IMG/VR virus record: IMGVR_UViG_3300043570_004127
Span: 1-64,000 of that record
Origin: a virus
Strand: one strand, 5' to 3'
Length of the DNA stretch: 64,000 bases
Shown: positions 1 to 10,097 of the stretch, piece by piece
Position numbering within the stretch: the first letter of the stretch is position 1
Layout of the letters: each line of letters begins with the position of its first letter
Notes under the pieces: model-generated
The model's input: only the letters and a program-made list of their open reading frames with translations
What the model was told of the DNA's origin: nothing
Databases searched by the model: none
Position numbers and translations under genes: made by a program

Positions 1-1499
1 CAACAGAGACAATTCCAGAATACTCAGAACCAATTGGAATAGACCCAACAGAAACCGAAACGGTAGTAGTAATAATTCCACCAGATGATTATACCGTCAC
101 AGACATAGAAGACAACGAGCCAATCACAACGGTCATATTGGACAATATTCTTGAAAATACGTTCACTACTGATATTGAAGCTGACGAGGTTGGCGCTGTT
201 CTTGACACACTTCTTGGTGCAGAACTTACCAACACACAGTTTGACAATGTCCTAGAAGCCGTGTTCACCGAAGATGTTTCGGCAGATGTATTCACCGAAG
301 CGCTGACGACGATGCTGGATGCAGACATCACTAGCGAACAGTTGACGGCAGTTTTGGATTCAGCATTCTCGGAAGATACTTCTGCTGAGAATATGGTGTC
401 GGCTTTGGTGTCAATCTTTGATGGTCCGCTTAGTTCTGGCGACCTAGACACAGTTATGGCCGCAGTGTTTGACGAGGACATTTCGGCCGCGGACACCATG
501 ACGGTTCTCGGAGACTTGCTCGAAACAAACCTGAGCATGTCAGAAACAGAAGCAATCTTTGACAGTGTGTTTGACGGCGACCTTTCTGATGCAGAAACCA
601 TTGACCTCATCGTTGATGTATTGGAGGACGGTCTAACCGCAGAGAATTTGGGCGCTGCTCTTGGCGCGGTATTTGACGAAGAAGTAAGCACCGAAGTTTT
701 GATTGAAACCTTTACCGCCGTTTTGGATAACGAACTAAATTCCGAATCAGTAGCAGTCATCGTAGATGTGTTGGAATCCGACACAATTACGAGCGAGCAG
801 GTCGGACAAGTAGTCACGTTAGTAATAGAGCAGGAAGGCGGCATTGAGTCAGGCCAAGCAACCGAACTTGCAACTAGCGCCAAGGTTCTCGAAAGCATTG
901 ACGGCGAACAAGCATCCGCAGTGTTTAATGCAATCGTTGTTGCTGAGGTTTCAGAAGAAGCTGGTGCTGCAATTTCCGAAGCACTCACCGAGGCACCAAC
1001 CGATGTTAAGGAATCATTTGAAGAAGAAATCAACGTATTCGCCGGCGTGTTCGATACGTATACCGCATTAGGTTCTTCTATAGATGTTGGTACAAGAAGA
1101 AGCGTAATTGCGGTAAACTTGGTGACCAGTACTGTGGCTCTAGCCGCTGCTGCTGGTGGAATACCAACCCCAGGCTCTAGTCCATCTGCACCAAGACAAG
1201 ATGTTGCGGTTCGCAAGGAAGAAGAGCAAGAGGAAGGCGGAGCAATCGAGGGCGAAGGTCCTGATTGGATTAAGCGGATATCTATTTACAAATATGAAGA
1301 TGGAGTGAGAGTTATGGACTGGAAGAACTTTACAAGAAAGTTTGTTTACGGAATTCTGGCATCTGGGTTTACCCTTGCTGGCGCGACAGTAATGTACTTT
1401 ACCCTCTCTGGCCTGACTCAACAGATTGCCCTCTGGGGAACCTTGCTCGCGTTTGCTGGTTCCATGTATCTCCACATGAAGGAGCCAGACGAGGGCTAG
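1..1499 (+). CDS. Acidic membrane-anchored protein with ~12 tandem 17-aa helical repeats (5'-truncated)
   Basis: Frame is open from nt 3. Repeats such as LTNTQFDNVLEAVFTED, ITSEQLTAVLDSAFSED, LSSGDLDTVMAAVFDED. Two C-terminal hydrophobic helices. Confidence 0.8.
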   Translation, partial: TETIPEYSEPIGIDPTETETVVVIIPPDDYTVTDIEDNEPITTVILDNILENTFTTDIEADEVGAVLDTLLGAELTNTQFDNVLEAVFTEDVSADVFTEALTTMLDADITSEQLTAVLDSAFSEDTSAENMVSALVSIFDGPLSSGDLDTVMAAVFDEDISAADTMTVLGDLLETNLSMSETEAIFDSVFDGDLSDAETIDLIVDVLEDGLTAENLGAALGAVFDEEVSTEVLIETFTAVLDNELNSESVAVIVDVLESDTITSEQVGQVVTLVIEQEGGIESGQATELATSAKVLESIDGEQASAVFNAIVVAEVSEEAGAAISEALTEAPTDVKESFEEEINVFAGVFDTYTALGSSIDVGTRRSVIAVNLVTSTVALAAAAGGIPTPGSSPSAPRQDVAVRKEEEQEEGGAIEGEGPDWIKRISIYKYEDGVRVMDWKNFTRKFVYGILASGFTLAGATVMYFTLSGLTQQIALWGTLLAFAGSMYLHMKEPDEG

Positions 1500-1572
1500 T
1501 AGATATAGATAAACCTATTCGTGCTGTAAAATAAACTAGTTCCAAACTGGAAGATATTGGGAGATTTCAACT

Positions 1573-2322
1573 ATGAGCAAACTTGCGTGGGACTACATCG
1601 TTCCAATGATTATGCCTGCCGACCTGAAAGGGGTTACACCTGGAAAACTGCCTGAATCATTGCTCAGAGCAATACCAACCGGAGGGAAACTCCACCACCG
1701 AGCAGCAGACGCATGGAACGCGATGGTCGCAAAAGCCAAAGCAGACGGAGTCGAGCTTAAGCCCACGAGTTCCGGCGATTTATATCGCACATACGAGAGC
1801 CAACTGGCGGGCTTCAAGCAGCGCTACGTTTTGGAACCAGTTGCAGGAACAAGCACGAAGACGTTCGAAGGAAAAACCTGGTACCTGAAAAAGGGTATGG
1901 CCATGCTGGCGACACCGGGTAAGTCGAATCATAATCTCGGTTTGGCCATTGACATTGCCAGCGCGTCAGAACCAAAGCGATTGAATTGGCTAGTTGCAAA
2001 CGTTAAAGATTTTGGATTCAGTTGGGAAGTTGTTCCAAGTGAACCATGGCATATTCGTCTAGTTACTGGCGACAAGCCAACACCAGCAGTGATGGCATTT
2101 ATCGGCGGCGCTGCTCCTGTGGCAAGTCCAGCCGCAGCAGCACCAGCAGGCGAACACAAAGCCCTACAAGAGGCCCTGAAGGCCAAAGGATTCTATAAGG
2201 GTGAAATCAACGGTCAGAAAGACGCTGCGACAGATGCAGCAGTCAAGGCTTTCAAGGTTGCGAATAAACTAAACGCAGATTCTGTTGTCGGTCCAAAAGT
2301 AAAAGAATTGCTCGGACTCTAG
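1573..2322 (+). CDS. Endolysin: M15/VanY-type peptidase plus C-terminal peptidoglycan-binding domain
   Basis: YRTYESQ, PGKSNHNLGLAID and EPWH motifs. PG_binding_1-like tail LQEALKAKGFY...AVKAFK...DSVVGPK. SD GGAG. Confidence 0.9.
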   Translation: MSKLAWDYIVPMIMPADLKGVTPGKLPESLLRAIPTGGKLHHRAADAWNAMVAKAKADGVELKPTSSGDLYRTYESQLAGFKQRYVLEPVAGTSTKTFEGKTWYLKKGMAMLATPGKSNHNLGLAIDIASASEPKRLNWLVANVKDFGFSWEVVPSEPWHIRLVTGDKPTPAVMAFIGGAAPVASPAAAAPAGEHKALQEALKAKGFYKGEINGQKDAATDAAVKAFKVANKLNADSVVGPKVKELLGL

Positions 2323-2326
2323 CACC

Positions 2327-2575
2327 ATGACTGAGGTTATTGTTGCGCTTGTTGGTGTAATCGGACTTGTCGCCGTAGCCCTAATCGAAAAAGACCGCCG
2401 CTCATCAAAGCTGATGTGGGAAGAAAACAAAACAGACCACAACTATGTTGTTGAGAAGATTGAAACTCTTGGCAAAAGTCTTGGGCGTTCGATTGATAAA
2501 ACCAATAAATCACTCGACAGGGTTGAAGACAAGCTCGACACACACATTCGTGACCACGCAGTAGGGGACCTCTAA
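2327..2575 (+). CDS. Small membrane/coiled-coil protein (lysis module)
   Basis: N-terminal TM, coiled coil ending DTHIRDH, directly after the endolysin. Confidence 0.65.
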   Translation: MTEVIVALVGVIGLVAVALIEKDRRSSKLMWEENKTDHNYVVEKIETLGKSLGRSIDKTNKSLDRVEDKLDTHIRDHAVGDL

Positions 2576-2802
2576 TGGCGAACAAGCCTGCAAAAAGAAA
2601 TATCTCCAACTCCGTCGCACCAACAGTAAAGGTTGATACTGGCATCAATGTGATGTACGTAGGTTACAAGGGTATAAAACACACATGCCCATCTTGTGGA
2701 AGTTCACGTGGAAAAGGAATGGTCCGTGAATACAAGTCCGTACTTTATTGTGGTGTCGGTTGTGTTGTTTCCGTCAAGCGCGATGAAGAGGTTCAACAAT
2801 GA
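2575..2802 (+). CDS. Small zinc-finger protein
   Basis: CPSC...CGVGC; coupled to both neighbours. Confidence 0.6.
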   Translation: MANKPAKRNISNSVAPTVKVDTGINVMYVGYKGIKHTCPSCGSSRGKGMVREYKSVLYCGVGCVVSVKRDEEVQQ

Positions 2803-3071
2803 AAAAGGATTTACTCGTAAATGTCTTACTTAGAATTCTTGCTACTTTCGCCGCATCTGGTCTTGGTGTTATCGGTGCAGGAACTATCGCTGGGGTTCCA
2901 ATACTCAAAGCTGTCTTCATGGCTGGAATTGCAGGGGTTGCAGTCGTAGTCGAGGGGTTGTCTAGAGCATTTTTAGAAGACGGAAAACTTTCAAGCTCTG
3001 AAATAAACGATGTTTTTAACAAAGTAGACAAGAAGGCTCCAGCGAAAGCAAAGGCGAATGAAGCGGTTTAG
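2799..3071 (+). CDS. Putative holin
   Basis: Two TM segments and a basic C-terminus, in the lysis cluster. Confidence 0.6.
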   Translation: MKKDLLVNVLLRILATFAASGLGVIGAGTIAGVPILKAVFMAGIAGVAVVVEGLSRAFLEDGKLSSSEINDVFNKVDKKAPAKAKANEAV

Positions 3072-3276
3072 TCTTGTTCTCATATCCATACTTGCTCTTG
3101 CTTCTTGTGGTTATGACGGAAAGTATCGCTATGCATGTCAAGACCCTGCAAATTGGGGTAAGACAGAATGTGAGCCACCAGCATGCAAGGTAGATGGCGC
3201 CTGTACAGAAACGCTTCTTGGATGGGACCCGAGCGAATCAACAGAAACAACAATAGGAGAGGTAATCGCCCCATGA
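3058..3276 (+). CDS. Small Cys-rich lipoprotein
   Basis: Signal peptide with lipobox LASC; four further Cys. Confidence 0.65.
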   Translation: MKRFSLVLISILALASCGYDGKYRYACQDPANWGKTECEPPACKVDGACTETLLGWDPSESTETTIGEVIAP

Positions 3277-3554
3277 GAAAGCGCATGACCCCAGCAGAAT
3301 TAGATGCTCGCTTGAAGTTTGTTATTGGATGCATGCTTGGATTCGTTCTAATGATTACGACCATCGGCGTTCTATGGGCACTCGTGTTCGTAACACAGCC
3401 AATCGGCGCTCAGGCGGAAAACGACAAAATGTTCTTTGGTGTTCTTTCTTCGGTGGCGACATTTATTACTGGAACGCTTGCTGGTTTGATGATTTCAACC
3501 GGACGCAATGCTGATGATAAAAACGGAAACGGTATACCAGACAGCGAAGAGTAA
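3273..3554 (+). CDS. Two-TM membrane protein
   Basis: ATG overlaps the previous stop; two hydrophobic helices; DKNGNGIPD tail. Confidence 0.65.
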   Translation: MRKRMTPAELDARLKFVIGCMLGFVLMITTIGVLWALVFVTQPIGAQAENDKMFFGVLSSVATFITGTLAGLMISTGRNADDKNGNGIPDSEE

Positions 3555-3557
3555 TCA

Positions 3558-4196
3558 ATGGTTTCGTCCCCAGAGATAAATGCATGGAATAAATGTGAAT
3601 TAGATGACCTTTGGATTTTTGATAAATTAATAGTTGCAAAAAAAGCTGGCCACTTGTGCGGCCCACGCGGAACTCCAGTTCCAATTTCTGGCAATTATTT
3701 TGTGCGACCAGTAATAAATATTGAAGGCATGGGGGAAAGGGCTCGGGTCGAGTATCTTGAGGAAGAAACCCTACACTTGCACCCAGGGGAATTTTGGTCA
3801 GAGATATTTACTGGCGACCATGTAAGTGTTGATTATGTCAAATATGAGCCAGTCTTGTCGGTTATTGGTACGAAACACGCAACACGCCCATACAGCAGAT
3901 TCACCTACTGGGAAAAAACTGAAAAAACTCACCCTCTTCCGCAATTCTTGGGATTAATGCCACTTAGGTATGGAAAAATAAATTGTGAATTCATTGATGG
4001 GAAGCTCATTGAAATCCACCTTCGTGGCAATGCTGATTTCTCCTATGGGAACTCATCAATGATTCCAGTTTGGAAAGACGAACACCCAGAGCATTTTGAC
4101 ATCAACTTCCAGTACACCCACCTAATTAGAGATGGTTACAGGTTTATTAGTGATGAAGGCACTGAGTTAGAAAGGTTGGGTATATGGGTTCGGTGA
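3558..4196 (+). CDS. Phage ATP-grasp-like protein
   Basis: YFVRPVINIEGMG, FWSEIFTG and INCEFIDGKLIEIHLRGN pattern. Confidence 0.55.
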   Translation: MVSSPEINAWNKCELDDLWIFDKLIVAKKAGHLCGPRGTPVPISGNYFVRPVINIEGMGERARVEYLEEETLHLHPGEFWSEIFTGDHVSVDYVKYEPVLSVIGTKHATRPYSRFTYWEKTEKTHPLPQFLGLMPLRYGKINCEFIDGKLIEIHLRGNADFSYGNSSMIPVWKDEHPEHFDINFQYTHLIRDGYRFISDEGTELERLGIWVR

Positions 4197-4245
4197 TACC
4201 ATTAAATTCAGCACATTCAGAAGTTTTGATTACTAAGGAAAAATA

Positions 4246-4491
4246 ATGCGAGTTTGGATTGACCAAGACCTATGTACTGGAGATGGACTATGCGCAGAGA
4301 TAGCCCCAGATGTGTTTCATATGATGCCAGACGGTCTTGCGTATGTAAAAGAAGGGGACAAGATTTATGCGGCCGCTGTGGAGAACCCAGAAGGCGCGGC
4401 TGGATTAGCATCCTTCTTAGACGACAGGCTTGAAGACGTTATTGATGCCGCTGAGGAATGCCCTGGTGAGTGCATTTTTATTGAACAATGA
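4246..4491 (+). CDS. fdx: Ferredoxin (single cluster, actinobacterial type)
   Basis: VWIDQDLCTGDGLC (CxxDxxC) ... AAEECPGECI; SD AAGGA. Confidence 0.9.
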   Translation: MRVWIDQDLCTGDGLCAEIAPDVFHMMPDGLAYVKEGDKIYAAAVENPEGAAGLASFLDDRLEDVIDAAEECPGECIFIEQ

Positions 4492-5022
4492 GCTGCTGCC
4501 CAAGAATACCCGCTGTGAGTACATGGGACCCAGCAAAGAATCAAAAACGTAGTATCGAGCGTGCACTGAAAAAAGCACTAGCAGAAGAAGAATCAAACCA
4601 ACAAAATGTCGTCGTCGAAGACAACGAGTAGATTTACAAACTGTATTGTTCAGCGCCCGTAACCGTGCTGGCGTTCAAAATCTTTCCATTCTTTAAATGT
4701 GCCACCTGAGCCATATTCATATCCTTCAACAGCAGACATAACCAAGCGATGGATACAGAAAGCCAAACCAACAAGAGCACAAAGAAAAATTATCATGAAG
4801 TTATTATGCCACCCCATCTCTAAAAATGATTAAACTATTGATAGTATTTCAAAAATAGATGGGAGTCATCATGAAGATAGATAGAAGTAAATTCCGAGAA
4901 ATCGAGACTATAGCCATGTGCGTCATTCTTCTACCTATGGTGATTGCTTCTACTGTAAAGTTCTTTTATCAGGCGCGCAAAGACTTGCGCTTGCCTAACC
5001 GGAAAGATATGTGGGAGTAACT

Positions 5023-5427
5023 ATGAGTGAGCGATTTTGGTATGGTGCGACTGTCCTTGGAGTTGTGGATGGAGACACTGTCGACTTGATGGTCGACCTA
5101 GGTTTTAGCGTTCATCACAAAATACGTGTTCGCCTATACGGGATAAACACCCCAGAGTCGAGAACCAAAAACCTTCAAGAAAAGGAACTTGGGCTAAAGG
5201 CGAAGAAGTACGTCGAGGATTGGTGCACTAATCACAAGTGGGTGTTTGTTAACACGATTCCAGACAAGAACGATAAGTATGGACGGGTTTTGGCCAGAAT
5301 ATACTCATCAGACAAAGTGGACGACCCTAAAACCGCATGCCTAAATACGGACATGGTTCAATCCGGGAATGCTCGGGAGTACTTTGGTGTTGGTGACAAG
5401 ACATGGACAGAGTTCAAAACCAAGTAA
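5023..5427 (+). CDS. Thermonuclease (SNase-like)
   Basis: VVDGDTV, VRLYGINTPE, DKYGRVLA. Confidence 0.9.
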   Translation: MSERFWYGATVLGVVDGDTVDLMVDLGFSVHHKIRVRLYGINTPESRTKNLQEKELGLKAKKYVEDWCTNHKWVFVNTIPDKNDKYGRVLARIYSSDKVDDPKTACLNTDMVQSGNAREYFGVGDKTWTEFKTK

Positions 5428-5673
5428 GTCGTTGCGTTCATCATCTGGGTTCCGGATGTTGCTTATGCAGGCAGGCCATTCATACCTTGTCACGTCGAAA
5501 AATACCGTCTATATCGAAGTTCGTTAAAAGTCTTTTCTGTAGATAGGTTTTGGTATATCACAAATCACCTTTTTACAGGCATAAACGTTCGTGTTGTAAA
5601 CTGTACATAGCGCCTGCACGTCAAGAAGACGTACCTAATTTTATAGATTTATCCAATGGTGTAGGATTCCTGA

Positions 5674-6009
5674 ATGGAACAAGAAATAACCTGGAATAAT
5701 GACGGGCATTCAATCTCCCTACGCTTAGAGAAGAACCTTCTCGTCATAACTGGGGTGCACTGCCCGCATCTTGAATCAGAATCCAAGCCCTGCCATTTGA
5801 CAGACGATGGATGTATCGTTAAATGGTTCCTGCTTGTATATGGACTTGAGTGCAATGTCGGCGTAGTGGACCCATCTCCAGAAATGGGGATTGCCTGGTC
5901 TCTTGTTGGTAATCCAAACGAGGGGCTAAACGCTTGTCAGGTTTGGGTTATCCCAACAGAGGACGAGTTCTTCTCTGCTTGGGTTGTGACACAAAACACA
6001 CCAGACTAA
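5674..6009 (+). CDS. Hypothetical protein
   Basis: 111-aa ATG ORF, convergent with the next gene. Confidence 0.6.
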   Translation: MEQEITWNNDGHSISLRLEKNLLVITGVHCPHLESESKPCHLTDDGCIVKWFLLVYGLECNVGVVDPSPEMGIAWSLVGNPNEGLNACQVWVIPTEDEFFSAWVVTQNTPD

Positions 6010-6464
6010 AAAGGGTCTTCTTCGCCTGATTCCTTGGAAAGCTTGTTTATTGCAGCCCAGATATGCCTGATATCACCCTGATTTAGGAAGGCTTCCGCGT
6101 TGATTTTGTAAATGTTCCTAGAACTCACTTTTGTCTTTGCTATTAACCCATATTCTAAAAGGCTATTAAGCGCTGTAGTGATTGCCGTCTCGGTTGCTCC
6201 TAGGTAAATAGAAATTGCCCTGCGCGTAATACCTGGTTCCAGAACAAGCGTAATTAGAACCCTTGCGGAAACAGTAAGCAGTGATATATCGCTCTCTCTG
6301 GCATAGAAGGCAGTAGTGCCAGGTGTCACCCTTGACGCCATAGCCTCAATGATGCTCTGGGCCAATTCGCCAGGAGAAGCGTTCTGTGCCAGGCCATCCT
6401 TTACGAGCATCTCTATTGGTGCCAGTAATTGCTCGTTCGGCCTATTTAGTTTGTCATTCTTCAT
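6006..6464 (-). CDS. Winged-helix (MarR-like) DNA-binding protein
   Basis: ARVLITL...PGITRRAISIYLG...ITTALNSLLEYGLIAK...YKIN. Start placed at MKNDK. Confidence 0.65.
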   Translation of the reverse strand: MKNDKLNRPNEQLLAPIEMLVKDGLAQNASPGELAQSIIEAMASRVTPGTTAFYARESDISLLTVSARVLITLVLEPGITRRAISIYLGATETAITTALNSLLEYGLIAKTKVSSRNIYKINAEAFLNQGDIRHIWAAINKLSKESGEEDPF

Positions 6465-6589
6465 TATTGGCTCAGTATAGGGGATACCACATCTAATGAC
6501 AGGTATGTGATTCAATGTAGTAATACATGAGGGCACAGTGTGCAGTCATGTAAATAAGTGCGGCTCATTATCCAACAAGGGGAAAGTAA

Positions 6590-6853
6590 ATGTTAAAAGA
6601 TAAACTATTACAGCTCACTACCGTTAAGCATTGCGCAGTGGGGAACATCATGGAGAAGATGGACAAAGAAACAAAGGTTGCTTTCGTTGAAGTTATGCGA
6701 AGCTCCGTTGGCAACAAAACGATATCCGATGCACTTTCAGCAGAGGGGTTGAACATTTCCCGTGATGCAATTCGCAGTCGACGAATTTGTTTTGCAGAAG
6801 CAACACAAGACCGTTGTGAGTGCCGTATGGCAGAAATGAGTAACAAAAAATGA
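6590..6853 (+). CDS. Small Cys-containing HTH-like protein
   Basis: Coupled to the phosphoesterase gene; Cys at both ends. Confidence 0.6.
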   Translation: MLKDKLLQLTTVKHCAVGNIMEKMDKETKVAFVEVMRSSVGNKTISDALSAEGLNISRDAIRSRRICFAEATQDRCECRMAEMSNKK

Positions 6854-8049
6854 GCTCCAAAAAAGAACCAGTAAAGAAGATTTCAATGGCGAGCAAACTT
6901 TCTTCGATGGCTCATAAGCCAGAAAAAGAAGTAATCCGCAAGGAATTCCTTGAATCCCTAGCCTCAACCCTGAGGAAGAAGGGAATTGACCCGAGTGATA
7001 TCGGGCATATCAAGAAGTTCTCTACATATCAGAGCCTCACTAAAGATGAGAACGGTGAAGCACAAATTCATGACCTTTGGGCGTTTCAGTTTAGTCCTGC
7101 GTTTGAAGATGGCCCTGATTGGCCCGTAATGCAACCTGGTCCATCGGTGAATTTGCCGGCTTCAAAAGTCAAAGCGACCCCTCGAAAGGGTTTCAAAACC
7201 GCCGTAATCGTGCCTGATATACAGATAGGGTTCTATCGTCGCGAAGATGGTACATACGAACCATGTCATGACGAGCGCGCTATCTCTATAGCCATGCAGG
7301 TGATATCAGACCTCAAGCCAGAGTTGATTGTTTGTGTTGGTGACAACTTAGACTTCCCTGAATTGGGTAAATATCGATACAGCCCAGCGTACGCATACAC
7401 AACCCAGAAGTCGATTGACCGTGCAACGGTGCTTGGCTTTGAGTTGCGCGCCGCATCTCCAGCATCCAAGATTGTTTGGTTGGCAGGTAACCACGAAGAG
7501 CGTTTACCAAACTTCCTACTGGACAATGCTAAAGCTGCCTTCGGGTTACGCAAAGGTGACATGCCTAAGTCATGGCCCGTTATGTCGGTTCCAAGTCTTT
7601 GTCGTTTCGATGAGTCTAGTATTACGTACGTTCCTGGATACCCAGCGGGCGACTTCTGGATTAACGAAAAGCTCCGTGTAATCCACGGAAACCGCGTTAA
7701 GTCCAATGGTTCAACGGCCCATATTTACCTGAATCAAGAAAAGATTTCAGTGATATATGGACACATCCACCGTTCTGAGATTGCCTGGAAGACCCGTCTT
7801 GACTATGACGGAGCGAAGACAATCATGGCTGCATCACCAGGATGTCTCGCCCGAATCGATGGCGCCGTGCCGAGCACAAAAGGCGGAACCGACCTCGACG
7901 GACGCCCAATTTCAGTAACAGAAGACTGGCAACAAGGTCTCGGAGTTGTTTACTACCAAGACGGTGGAGAGAATCGGTTCTCATACGAGAACATGCACAT
8001 CTACAACGGCTGGGGTATGTACAACGGCGTAGAGTACCGCGCGAAGTAG
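6850..8049 (+). CDS. Calcineurin-like metallophosphoesterase
   Basis: PDIQ, GDNLD, GNHE, IHG and GHIHR motifs. Confidence 0.85.
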   Translation: MSSKKEPVKKISMASKLSSMAHKPEKEVIRKEFLESLASTLRKKGIDPSDIGHIKKFSTYQSLTKDENGEAQIHDLWAFQFSPAFEDGPDWPVMQPGPSVNLPASKVKATPRKGFKTAVIVPDIQIGFYRREDGTYEPCHDERAISIAMQVISDLKPELIVCVGDNLDFPELGKYRYSPAYAYTTQKSIDRATVLGFELRAASPASKIVWLAGNHEERLPNFLLDNAKAAFGLRKGDMPKSWPVMSVPSLCRFDESSITYVPGYPAGDFWINEKLRVIHGNRVKSNGSTAHIYLNQEKISVIYGHIHRSEIAWKTRLDYDGAKTIMAASPGCLARIDGAVPSTKGGTDLDGRPISVTEDWQQGLGVVYYQDGGENRFSYENMHIYNGWGMYNGVEYRAK

Positions 8050-8056
8050 CAAGTAG

Positions 8057-8130
8057 GTTCCGGTGGCGCAATCGGATAGCGCAAAAGACTTCTAATCTTT
8101 AGGCTGTAGGTTCGAGTCCTACCCGGAACG
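8057..8130 (+). tRNA. tRNA-Arg(TCT)
   Basis: Acceptor GTTCCGG/CCGGAAC; anticodon arm AAAGA-CT TCT AA-TCTTT; GTTCGAGT T-loop. Confidence 0.9.
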
Positions 8131-8145
8131 CTGTAATTGTAAGTC

Positions 8146-8174
8146 TTGACAGTAATACTTACTATTGCTATGCT
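8146..8174 (+). promoter_or_regulatory. sigmaA-type promoter ahead of tRNA-Asn
   Basis: TTGACA-N17-TATGCT. Confidence 0.7.
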
Positions 8175-8235
8175 TCTCTATGAGGGGGCTGTGTGTATAA
8201 CGCGCCTTAAACGACACTGTGGTGTGCCCTCACTT

Positions 8236-8311
8236 TGGCGAGTAGCTCAGCTGGCAGAGCAGCGGACTGTTAATCCGCTTGTCGTAGGTTCGAGCCCTAC
8301 CTCGCCAGCCA
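8236..8311 (+). tRNA. tRNA-Asn(GTT)
   Basis: Acceptor TGGCGAG/CTCGCCA; GCGGA-CT GTT AA-TCCGC; encoded CCA. Confidence 0.93.
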
Positions 8312-8344
8312 TTGGAATGAAAAACATAGTGCTAATATTGAGAT

Positions 8345-8686
8345 ATGCATGACATAGACAGACTTATATCTATAATCGCCGGCGGAGCTAAGTTAATCGT
8401 TGACAAACCAGTGGACAAGATTGGCAAGCTCGTAGACGAAGAGAGAGACCTAGCCAACGCTCTTATGATGATTGCCAAGAAGTACGGCAAATTCAACGAA
8501 GATGACACTGGAATCTGGGCTGGATATGACAGCGCGGAGAAAAACGAAGTCAAAGACATCGGTGTCAAGTGCTCCAATTGCGTTCTTTACCTAGGCGGTT
8601 CATCCTGCTCAATCATCTCAAGCGCTGTCGAGCCAGGCGGCAAGTGCCGTTTCGCAATCATCCCTGATGGGGTTGTTAAAGCCTGA
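8345..8686 (+). CDS. HiPIP-like Fe-S domain protein
   Basis: CSNCVLY...CSII...VEPGGKCRF four-Cys pattern. Confidence 0.55.
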   Translation: MHDIDRLISIIAGGAKLIVDKPVDKIGKLVDEERDLANALMMIAKKYGKFNEDDTGIWAGYDSAEKNEVKDIGVKCSNCVLYLGGSSCSIISSAVEPGGKCRFAIIPDGVVKA

Positions 8687-8715
8687 CATTCCAGCCATTG
8701 ATGTAAAATAAGTAG

Positions 8716-9183
8716 ATGACCCAAATAAGCGCTGATGTTACACAGAATGAAACCTGGGGAACATACAAAGGGGAGATTAAGGGTTTTCGTTTCGAAAATT
8801 CAGAAACAAAACGCCTTGGCGCACCTATTGGCGGAAGTGGTCAGCAGGATGCCACAAGGGACCATGATAGCGATGGAGTCATAAACGATGGAACAGAAGA
8901 CGAAAAACCAGCCCCAAAGAAGGGTCCATCAAAGAACCCGCCAAAGGTTAGACGCGAAGAATTGATATTGCCACGTAAATTGGTCCCACCCAAACCAACC
9001 CCAAAGCCACCATACAAGCCTGGATACCTCCTTCCTGATGAAGAAGGGAATTGGCAAGGTTACGATGGAACACCACCGAAGAACAAACCGCACTTCAGGG
9101 AACACAGGGATGGAAGTATTTATGAAATCAGACCAAATCGGCCTCCAAAAAAAGTTGGTGTCGGCCCCAATGAAATCATTTGA
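8716..9183 (+). CDS. Hypothetical Pro/Lys-rich protein, possibly an internal virion protein
   Basis: DHDSDGVINDGT motif; flanked by a 21-bp direct repeat. Confidence 0.55.
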   Translation: MTQISADVTQNETWGTYKGEIKGFRFENSETKRLGAPIGGSGQQDATRDHDSDGVINDGTEDEKPAPKKGPSKNPPKVRREELILPRKLVPPKPTPKPPYKPGYLLPDEEGNWQGYDGTPPKNKPHFREHRDGSIYEIRPNRPPKKVGVGPNEII

Positions 9184-9332
9184 AATATTGCGGTATGAAA
9201 TCGCCTCAAACTGCGGTATTGGACGCTGCGGTCAGAACAACCACGATGGGGTTGTGAAAGCCTAAATCCCGCCAGTTTCATGTTTGAATAACTTAAATAC
9301 CTGGATACGCTGGTTTTACCTACGTATAAAGG

Positions 9333-10097
9333 ATGGTCCTAATGGGTCGTTTAAGTAAATTACTAATCGCTGCGACAGTTTTGAGTTTCGGAGTTATCTC
9401 GATTCCCGATGTCGCACACGCTGAAGATTGCCAGTCATACTCAGAAGCGCCATCTTCATCATCGCCAGTGACGTTCACGATACTTGACACGGATGTGGGA
9501 ACGGACGCATATCAGCGACTACTCACATACAGCAAGGGTGGACATAAAGCGCTCGGTATGGCAATCGCCAGTTCCTATGACTACTTTGGCAAATGCCAAT
9601 ATCCAGGAATTGGGATTATGGATGGGAGTGGTGGGAACGGGTTCCGTCCGAATTACACGCTGGCAATCTGGAGTGATTGGATAAATCTATCCGAAGCACG
9701 TTCTGCTATCTACTCACTTATCGGTGCCGGCTCAAACCCAACAGTAACAAATGGGGACTGCAATATCTCCTGTGATGGGACAACTGGACGCCAGTTCGAT
9801 GGAACTATCGTCAACGAAACAACGACTACAACTTCTACTACCCAGGTGCCGAACGAACCCATTACTAGCGCTCCAGCAATAGAGCAACAAGAAGAAGTGG
9901 TTCAGGATTCTCCTATGGAGCCAGTGACTGTGGAGGCGCCGCAAGTCGTTATTGAGGCAACGACCACAACAACAATTGCCCCAGTATCGGTAATGGCAGA
10001 TGCTTTTGTAACGGTATCCAAAGCAATCACACCAAAGAAACAAGTGTTACCTGTCAAGAAGAAGTTGAAGAAGCGCGTCTTACAACACAAGCGATAA
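9333..10097 (+). CDS. Secreted protein with Thr-rich linker and basic tail
   Basis: Signal peptide ending AHA; poly-Thr tracts. Confidence 0.65.
   Translation: MVLMGRLSKLLIAATVLSFGVISIPDVAHAEDCQSYSEAPSSSSPVTFTILDTDVGTDAYQRLLTYSKGGHKALGMAIASSYDYFGKCQYPGIGIMDGSGGNGFRPNYTLAIWSDWINLSEARSAIYSLIGAGSNPTVTNGDCNISCDGTTGRQFDGTIVNETTTTTSTTQVPNEPITSAPAIEQQEEVVQDSPMEPVTVEAPQVVIEATTTTTIAPVSVMADAFVTVSKAITPKKQVLPVKKKLKKRVLQHKR

Noticed and set aside
89-1216. 375-aa antisense ORF, and many similar shadow ORFs in the track
   Set aside because: Mirror of the + strand repeat protein; Ser/Thr-rich with no motifs or SD.
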